From IMG/VR virus record IMGVR_UViG_3300042475_003078: DNA of 64,000 nucleotides; one strand, written 5' to 3'. This document shows positions 57,098 through 64,000 of this stretch, in pieces. Numbering within the stretch: the first letter of the stretch is position 1; every line of letters begins with the position of its first letter. The position numbers and the translations under genes are program-made. Origin of the DNA: an uncultured virus (IMG/VR IMGVR_UViG_3300042475_003078). Its lineage: Duplodnaviria; Heunggongvirae; Uroviricota; Caudoviricetes. Under the pieces are notes generated by a model. It was not told the origin of the DNA, did not search any database, and worked only from the letters and a program-made list of their open reading frames with translations.

Positions 57098-59218
57098 ATG
57101 GCAAAAAACATCGACACACCCTTCACTGACGACAAAGCCATTGGCTTGCCTGACAGCACTGATGCTGTTCAGGACACATTCAAGCCTACAACGCTGGCCC
57201 GTCACATTGAAGAGCGCTTTCAGCGTTCTAAGACGGCTCGTCGCTTTGATGAAGAGCGTTGGTTGCGTGCCTATACCAACTACAGAGGCATCTATGGTCC
57301 TGACACCAAGTTCACTGAAGCAGAGAAGAGCCGTGTCTTCCTCAAGATTACGAAGGTAAAGACTCTGGCAGCATACGGACAAATCACCGAGGTGCTGCTG
57401 GCTAACAACAGCTTCCCATTGTCTGTAGAGCCTACAACGCTGCCAGAAGGCGTTGCAGAGCACGTTCACATTGACACCAACCCCCAGGCTGCACAAGGCC
57501 AACAAAGCGCTCCTGAGCCCGATTTAGGGGCTCTGTTTGGCTATAAGGGAGACGGCAAAGAGCTTCCTCCTGGTGCAACCCCACAGAGCCTTATGGAGCG
57601 TCTTGGTCCTCTGAAGCAATCGCTTGAGGGCTTGGATGTCAAGGAAGGGGCAGGACAGACACCAACCTCCATCACCTTCAGCCCTGCAATGGTAGCGGCT
57701 AAGAAGATGGAGAAGAAGATTAAGGACCAGCTTGAGGAGAGCGGTGCCAGCAAGCATCTGCGTGCTACAGCGTTTGAAATGGCGCTGTTTGGTACAGGTG
57801 TTATGAAAGGCCCCTTTGCTGTAGACAAAGAATATCCCAAGTGGAACACTGATGGTGGCTATGAACCCATCATCAAAACCATGCCGCAGACGTCTCATGT
57901 CAGCATATTCAATAGCTATCCTGATCCAGATGCTACCAACATGGACGAATGCGGCTACTTTATCGAGCGTCACAAGCTGAGTAAGTCTCAGTTGTTAGCT
58001 CTAAAGAAGCGTCCAATGTTCCGTAACAAAGTCATTGACAACCTCATTAACGAAGGGCCTAATTACATCAAAGAATGGTGGGAAGACGATCTCAATGACT
58101 ATTCTCCCGTTGCTGAAGTGGAACGATGGGAAGTGTTGGAGTTTTGGGGCTCTGTTGATGTTGAGATGTTGGAAGAGAACGACATTGATGTTCCCAAGGA
58201 ATTGAAGGACGCTGTCGAAGTTCAAGCCAACATCTGGTATAGCCAAGGCAAGGTGATCAGGCTTGTCATCAATCCGTTCAAGCCTGCCCGCATTCCCTAC
58301 TATGCTGTGCCATATGAACTCAATCCATACTCGTTCTTTGGCGTTGGTGTTGCTGAGAACATGGACGATAGTCAGACGCTGATGAATGGCTTCATGAGGT
58401 TGGCTGTGGACAATGCTGTGCTGTCTGGCAATCTGGTGCTGGAGGTGGACGAGACCAACCTTGTGCCCGGCCAAGACCTCACTGTATATCCAGGTAAGGT
58501 GTTCCGTCGTCAAGGCGGTGCTCCAGGTCAAGCCATCTTCGGAACACAGTTTCCTAACGTAGCTGCTCAAAACCTGCAACTGTTTGATAAGGCTCGTGTT
58601 TTAGCTGATGAGTCAACAGGATTGCCTTCGTTTGCACACGGACAAACTGGTGTCTCTGGTGTTGGTAGAACAGCCTCTGGCATCTCTATGTTGATGTCTG
58701 CTGCAAGTGGCAGCATCAAGACAGTGATTAAGAACGTTGATGACTATCTGCTGCGTCCGTTGGGTGAGTCCTTCTTCGCCTTCAACATGCAGTTTGACCC
58801 TACGCCGGATATTGTTGGTGATCTTGAGGTGAAGGCACGGGGAACGGAATCGCTTCTAGCTAATGAGGTCAGAAGTCAACGTCTGCTTCAGTTCTTGCAA
58901 GTGGTGCAGAACCCCATCCTTGCTCCCTTTGCCAAGTTCCCCTACATCGTCAGAGAAATTGCTAAAGCTATGGATTTGGACCCTGACTTGGTGTCTAACA
59001 ACATGGACGAGGCGGCTAAGCAAGCCTTTATTCTTCAGAAGATGAACCCGCCTGCACCGTCGGCTCAACAGGCTCCAGCAGCGGGTGGTGGCGCTCCTCC
59101 GCCGTCTGACATGACAGGTGGGGGTGGTGGCAACATTGGTGTTGGTGCTGCTGCTACACCGGGTGAACAAGGCTTTAGCGCTGCTCCTGCGTCTCCCACA
59201 ATGGGAGCACCTCAGTGA
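57098..59218 (+). CDS. Portal protein (module B)
   Basis: 706 aa after TerL; FGTGVMKGP, FFGVG..E and RTASG.SML motifs. Confidence 0.85.
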   Translation: MAKNIDTPFTDDKAIGLPDSTDAVQDTFKPTTLARHIEERFQRSKTARRFDEERWLRAYTNYRGIYGPDTKFTEAEKSRVFLKITKVKTLAAYGQITEVLLANNSFPLSVEPTTLPEGVAEHVHIDTNPQAAQGQQSAPEPDLGALFGYKGDGKELPPGATPQSLMERLGPLKQSLEGLDVKEGAGQTPTSITFSPAMVAAKKMEKKIKDQLEESGASKHLRATAFEMALFGTGVMKGPFAVDKEYPKWNTDGGYEPIIKTMPQTSHVSIFNSYPDPDATNMDECGYFIERHKLSKSQLLALKKRPMFRNKVIDNLINEGPNYIKEWWEDDLNDYSPVAEVERWEVLEFWGSVDVEMLEENDIDVPKELKDAVEVQANIWYSQGKVIRLVINPFKPARIPYYAVPYELNPYSFFGVGVAENMDDSQTLMNGFMRLAVDNAVLSGNLVLEVDETNLVPGQDLTVYPGKVFRRQGGAPGQAIFGTQFPNVAAQNLQLFDKARVLADESTGLPSFAHGQTGVSGVGRTASGISMLMSAASGSIKTVIKNVDDYLLRPLGESFFAFNMQFDPTPDIVGDLEVKARGTESLLANEVRSQRLLQFLQVVQNPILAPFAKFPYIVREIAKAMDLDPDLVSNNMDEAAKQAFILQKMNPPAPSAQQAPAAGGGAPPPSDMTGGGGGNIGVGAAATPGEQGFSAAPASPTMGAPQ

Positions 59219-59442
59219 CAACACCAGAAAAGCCGTGGCTTAAGAAGCTAACACGTATGACTGATACGCAGATGTGGGAAGCGTTTGACGACATGTTGAA
59301 CTATTCCATTAGTCTGCAACATAAGAAGATGGAACAAAGTCATGAGCCTGTTGACATCTACAGAGCACAAGGCTTTATTCAAGCTCTCAAGCAGCTTAAG
59401 TATTTGAAGGAAGAGATACAACATGCTCAAACGCAGAAATAG
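59215..59442 (+). CDS. Small conserved post-portal protein
   Basis: YRAQG....L..L motif. Confidence 0.7.
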   Translation: MTTPEKPWLKKLTRMTDTQMWEAFDDMLNYSISLQHKKMEQSHEPVDIYRAQGFIQALKQLKYLKEEIQHAQTQK

Positions 59443-60646
59443 CATCCCAGGCTTCCAAGAAGGAGGCATGAACGTCGATCCTGTCAGCGGCAACGAAGTG
59501 CCTGTCGGCTCTCTTCCTGAGGAAGTCAGGGATGACGTAGACGCTAAGCTGTCGCCAGGCGAGTTTGTTATTCCCGCTGATGTCGTTCGCTTCATCGGAC
59601 TAGAGCGTTTAATGAAGATGCGTGATGAAGCCAAGAAAGGCATTCAACGCATGACTGACATTGGTCAGATGGGTAATGCTGATGAAGTTGGTGAAGAGTC
59701 CAACAGCACCTATGAAGACGATGGCTTTGAGAGTGAGATTGATGACATCCTCGGTGAAGTGGAAAACGAGAACAACGGCGGTGATGTCGATGATCAGATG
59801 AAGATGGCCTTTGGCGGCTATGTCGGCAGCGGCACAGACTTGTCCAAGGCTCCTAAGAATCCTGCCTTTGATGTTCGCTATTACAAGAACAAAGAAGGTG
59901 CCACGATGTTCATTACGCACATCAATGGTAAGCCTATGACGCCTATTCCTGAAGGCTTCACTGCTGTGTCGTCTGAAGAGGCTATGAAGGTTGGTTCTGC
60001 TGCTGATGAGGAGAAGAAGAAGGCAGCAACAGGAAGTGCTGCAGATCAAGGCGGCTATGACGCTTCTCAGCTTGATCCTGCTGTGGCTAAGTTCTTAGAG
60101 AATGAAACACCAGCAGAGCGTGATGCGCGTATGGGAAGAGTTAGTAAAAACATTGAGCGAATCACAGGAGCGCTTCCTTTCGTTGGCGCTGCTAAGAAGG
60201 CTTTTGAATTCTTTAAGGGACCACAACGTACTGATGAAGAAGCTGCAAGAATCCCAGAAGAAACAAGAACACCAGGGCTTCCTTTCAACGAACAACAATC
60301 TATTGTTAGCACTGTATATAGTGCTGTACAAAATGCAGGTGTTGTTAACGATGAGATTGCAAGAAAAGCAGCTTCTAGGGTTCTTTCAGACGTTAATTCT
60401 GGTGTTGATATTAACACAGCAACAAATAAAGCTGTCGTTGAAGCACAGGCAAGACAAGACATGATTGATAGAGAAGGTGGGGGTACTGAAAGCATTGTTG
60501 GTACTCCGGAATCAACACCAGACCCTTTCTCTGCTTCTTTTGATGGTCGAGCTGGTCCTTTTGGAGCAGCCAAAGGCGGCTTAGTAGCAAAGCGCCAATA
60601 CCCTACCAAGAAAAAGAAAGGCAAAGGCATCGCTGCTTCTAAATAA
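59423..60646 (+). CDS. Head-module protein
   Basis: DPVSGNEVP.GS..EEVRDD..A.LS.GEFV.PADVVR domain with acidic linker. Confidence 0.7.
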   Translation: MLKRRNSIPGFQEGGMNVDPVSGNEVPVGSLPEEVRDDVDAKLSPGEFVIPADVVRFIGLERLMKMRDEAKKGIQRMTDIGQMGNADEVGEESNSTYEDDGFESEIDDILGEVENENNGGDVDDQMKMAFGGYVGSGTDLSKAPKNPAFDVRYYKNKEGATMFITHINGKPMTPIPEGFTAVSSEEAMKVGSAADEEKKKAATGSAADQGGYDASQLDPAVAKFLENETPAERDARMGRVSKNIERITGALPFVGAAKKAFEFFKGPQRTDEEAARIPEETRTPGLPFNEQQSIVSTVYSAVQNAGVVNDEIARKAASRVLSDVNSGVDINTATNKAVVEAQARQDMIDREGGGTESIVGTPESTPDPFSASFDGRAGPFGAAKGGLVAKRQYPTKKKKGKGIAASK

Positions 60647-60767
60647 CCTACAATGGACAGGCTAGCTCTGGAGCGTCCTAACTAGCCATTAACAAAAAGA
60701 CGCATTGTTGGCTACCTATTTCCCCAGCCTATGCTGGCTACAGATAGCCCCAAGTTAAGGAAAGTAT

Positions 60768-61643
60768 ATGTCTACAGAAGTTGTTATCCCTCAGACGGTT
60801 AAAGTGGCCCCATTTTCTATGCGGCGTAATACACACGAAGACCGCATCAAGAAAGATGAAGAAGAGCTTGAAGCGCTTCAGAAGCAATATGCAACAGAAG
60901 AAACAACCAAGGTTGTTGCTGCTACAGATGAAGACGGAGAAGAGCCTACATCGGCTGAAGAAAAGACATTCAAGAAGCGCTATGGCGATCTGAGGCGTCA
61001 TTCACAGAAACAACAGACAGAGCTTCAGACTCAGATTGATGAGCTTAGAAAGCAACTGGAAGCAACAACAAAGAAGGAAATCAAGCTGCCTAAGAGCGAA
61101 GCAGAACTCAGTGCTTGGGCAGAGCAATATCCTGATGTCTACAAAATTGTAGAAACCATTGCCATCAAGAAGGCTAAGGAAACATCAAGCTCGTTAGAAG
61201 AACGGATGCGTAAAGTTGATGAGATGGAACATCAAGCTCAGCGACAAAAGGCTGAAGCAGAACTAGTACGTCTGCATCCAGACTTCGACACCATCCGCGA
61301 AGACGATGAATTCCATAATTGGGTAGAAGAACAACCAAAGTGGGTGCAGCAGGCTCTGTATGAGAACGACAACGATGCCAAGGCTGCGGCACGCGCTATC
61401 GATCTGTACAAGGCTGATAAGGGCATTGCCAAGGCTAAGAAGGCCGATAGTAGAGGCGCAGCTATGGCTGTCAACACACGCGCTGGTAAAACTGCACCAA
61501 CTACGGAAGCGTCTGATGGAGTGATTTACGAAAGTCAAATCCAGAAGATGAATGACAAAGAGTTTGAAGCCAACATGGAAAAGATTGAAATGGCACGCAG
61601 AGCAGGCAAGATTGTCTATGACATGAGTGGCGGCGCTCGGTGA
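60768..61643 (+). CDS. Capsid scaffolding protein
   Basis: Acidic coiled coil, KKRYGDLRRH and HPDF motifs; directly before the capsid gene. Confidence 0.8.
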   Translation: MSTEVVIPQTVKVAPFSMRRNTHEDRIKKDEEELEALQKQYATEETTKVVAATDEDGEEPTSAEEKTFKKRYGDLRRHSQKQQTELQTQIDELRKQLEATTKKEIKLPKSEAELSAWAEQYPDVYKIVETIAIKKAKETSSSLEERMRKVDEMEHQAQRQKAEAELVRLHPDFDTIREDDEFHNWVEEQPKWVQQALYENDNDAKAAARAIDLYKADKGIAKAKKADSRGAAMAVNTRAGKTAPTTEASDGVIYESQIQKMNDKEFEANMEKIEMARRAGKIVYDMSGGAR

Positions 61644-61873
61644 TGTTGACATTGGAGTGAAATTGTGATTTAACGTGGTAGCAGCATCTTCCCGTGTAAC
61701 AACACCAACGAAGATGCTCTACATCTTGTGTCGTATTGAACGATGTTCGTCGTACACTCTAGGAGCTTAGCCGTTACTGAGCATGTTGCTATAGAGACAT
61801 GTTTATGACCACCTAATGCAAATAGACCCGAAAGAATAAGGAGATACGTTAGCCATTATTAAGGAGAAATCAA

Positions 61874-63781
61874 ATGGCGTTTGCATCAGCTTCGGGCTAT
61901 ACAAGCCTCCAAAATGGTAATTGGTCGCCAATTATCTACAGTAAAAAAGTACAACTCGCGTTTAGGAAATCTTCGGTCGCCCAAGCGATCACCAACTCCG
62001 AATATTTCGGAGAAATCTCCAGCATGGGCGATGCAGTCCGCATCGTTAAGGAGCCTGAGGTCAGCGTGCAGGCTTATGCTCGCGGTACTCAGATCACGGC
62101 TCAAGACCTTGATGACAGCGATTTCACGCTGGTTGTCGATAAGGCCAACTACTTCGCGTTTAACACTAACAGACGCATTTGAGAGTAATCTCATCTAAAT
62201 AACTGGGTGAATTGCTGGAAAACCTAAATAAAGTGTTGACAACTACTTCGATCATGATATACCATCGACATAACCGATGGGGGTCATATGAAGAAGTGTT
62301 CCAAGTGTAAAGAAGAAAAAGAACTAAGCGAGTTTCCAAAAACCAAGACAAACAAAGACGGCTACTCTTATCTATGCTTCCCTTGTAACAGGGAAACTTC
62401 TAGAAGATACAGACAAGAAAACTCTGAAACCTACTACAGGAATCAGAAACAAAAGAGACAAGAAGAGCCGACGTTTGTAGCACAACTCTTGTACGCAACT
62501 AAAACAAGAGCACAGAAGAAGAAGTTAGATCACACACTGACTTTTGACTTCTTGCTAAAGTTGCTAAAAGAATCAGAATACAAGTGTGCTGTAACAGGTC
62601 TTGAAATGAATCTCAAAACAGATTCTAGGAAAAAAGCTAATTTGTTTAAGTGCTCCTTAGATAGAATTGACTCTACTAAGGGATACACTGAAGACAACGT
62701 TCAATTTGTCTGCTGGGCTGTGAACCAGATGAAAGCAGACAAAACAGAAGATGAATTAAAGTTTTGGACAGAAACACTTTACAAGGCAATCAGCAGCCAA
62801 GCATAGACCGAAAGGTCTTTGAAGGTTCAACGACTAGGATATACCGCCCTACGGGGAGATGAAATCCATACGCTCAAGTGAGCGGAAGCGCCCAGCCCCT
62901 GATAAGTCAGGGTGATGATATAGTCTACTCTGCATTGAAAAATGCAGCAGCTTGAATAAAGCGGGTAAGGATTAACGACCCTTGCTGAATATAAAGGTAA
63001 AGTTGACGACATCGAAGCAACTCAGTCGCACATCAATTGGATGTCTTTGGCATCTGATCGTGCTGCCTATCGCTTGAAGGACCAGTTCGACCAAGACGTT
63101 CTCGGCTACCTCGCTGGTTATCAACAGTCTGTGTTGCATGGCAGCGCCGACACCGCCCGCACTACCTTCCCTGGTACGAAGGCTGTTTCGACTGCTGGTA
63201 ACGACGAACTGCTGACGTCGATGAAGCTCATCAAGGGCTCGTTTGGCAACATCACCACTGTTAGTGCTGGTGACCACTCTGTTCCCATTGCAGCGCGTCT
63301 GCCTGGTGCTACGGCTCTGTCTACGTCGGTGGTGTCGCCGTTGATGATCATTGCTCGTATGTCGCGTCTGTTGGATCAGCAAAACGTTGACACCACTGGT
63401 CGTTGGCTTGTGGTTGATCCGGTGTTCGTTGAAGTGCTGAAGGACGAAGACAGCCGTCTTCTGAATGCAGACTTCGGTGGCTCTGGTCTGCAAAACGGTC
63501 TTCTGTTGAACAACCTGCACGGCTTCAAGGTCTATGTCAGCAACAACCTGCCGAAGGTTGGTACTGGCCCGGGCACGACAGGCACGGCTAACCAGAACAC
63601 CGATTTCGGTGTCATCGTTGCCGGTCACGACAACGCTGTTGCTTCTGCTGAGCAGATCAACAAGACTGAGACCTATCGCGATCCGGACTCGTTTGCTGAC
63701 ATTGTGCGTGGTATGCACCTCTATGGCCGAAAAATTCTCAGAAGTGAGGCCATTACCACCTGCAAGTACAACGTGGCCTAA
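61874..63781 (+). CDS. Major capsid protein, spliced: exon 1 61874-62160 + exon 2 62998-63781 (356 aa)
   Basis: Joining gives DKANYFAF|KVDDIE; P.IYSK, GD.V.I, RWLVVDP, SNNLP and D.VRG...YG motifs; AAGGAG RBS. Confidence 0.9.
62161..62997 (+). mobile_element. Group I intron (IA2-like) in the major capsid gene
   Basis: Exon end GCGUU pairs with IGS GACGC (62172-62176); P 62210-62220, Q 62788-62798, R GTTCAACGACTA 62825-62836, S TGATATAGTCT 62916-62926; P3 CTGGGT/GCCCAG; terminal G at 62997. Confidence 0.92.
62288..62806 (+). CDS. Intron-encoded zinc-finger/HNH-like endonuclease
   Basis: CSKC...CFPC, CAVTG and SLDRIDSTKGY..DNVQFVC..VN.MK motifs. Confidence 0.8.
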   Translation: MKKCSKCKEEKELSEFPKTKTNKDGYSYLCFPCNRETSRRYRQENSETYYRNQKQKRQEEPTFVAQLLYATKTRAQKKKLDHTLTFDFLLKLLKESEYKCAVTGLEMNLKTDSRKKANLFKCSLDRIDSTKGYTEDNVQFVCWAVNQMKADKTEDELKFWTETLYKAISSQA

Positions 63782-63891
63782 TCTTGGTTTAATGTCTAAG
63801 ACGCCCGACACCTCTGCACTTTTGTGTACGTGTCGGCTTTCTGAACTAAGAAGACTAATAACCATCTCAAACAATTTGAAAGGAAACCATA

Positions 63892-64000
63892 ATGGCTACT
63901 ATTGATCTCTCTAACGGCTTAGGCGGCGCTCCTCGTCCGGTGCGTTCGCTTACGAACATTCCGTATTTCGTTGAGCAAGAAATTGACTGGGCTGTTGCAG
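63892..64000 (+). CDS. Partial post-capsid structural gene (MATIDLS...)
   Basis: AAGGA RBS; frame open to the window end. Confidence 0.6.
   Translation, partial: MATIDLSNGLGGAPRPVRSLTNIPYFVEQEIDWAVA

Noticed and set aside
1..64000. Stop-codon reassignment
   Set aside because: Core genes are intact in the standard code and no suppressor anticodon is present.

Overview
Bacteriophage DNA made of two compositionally distinct parts. (A) Positions ~1-6100 are a GC-rich, P22-like packaging module: TerS, TerL, three small basic ORFs, portal and a ferritin-like protein. (B) Positions ~6100-64000 are most of a lower-GC podovirus genome, with no RNA polymerase gene visible in the window. Part B has a rightward tail/lysis/internal-virion arm (6.3-25.2 kb) and a leftward arm (47-25.3 kb) carrying early genes, tyrosine integrase, primase-helicase, PolA, SSB, exonuclease, ThyX, C5-methyltransferase, MazG, class II RNR, PhoH and three tRNAs. 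A divergent non-coding control region (47.0-48.6 kb) is followed by a second rightward packaging/head module (TerS, TerL, portal, scaffold, major capsid). Main observations: (1) two related self-splicing group I introns interrupt TerL (inside the Walker A motif) and the major capsid gene, each carrying an unrelated endonuclease; (2) a ~650-bp array of matches to many different host regulator sites (OxyR, sigma54 x2, Fur x2, CsoR/RcnR-like, PhaR-like, DnaA x4, IHF) lies at the transcription divergence point and is the best candidate for an undescribed system; (3) a C5-methyltransferase is split into two fully overlapping reading frames; (4) two tRNAs have atypical variable arms; (5) a short (M/F/Y)AxGG motif recurs in many probable virion proteins; (6) two terminase/portal sets occur in one contig. 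All family assignments come from motif recognition by eye; no database searches were run.
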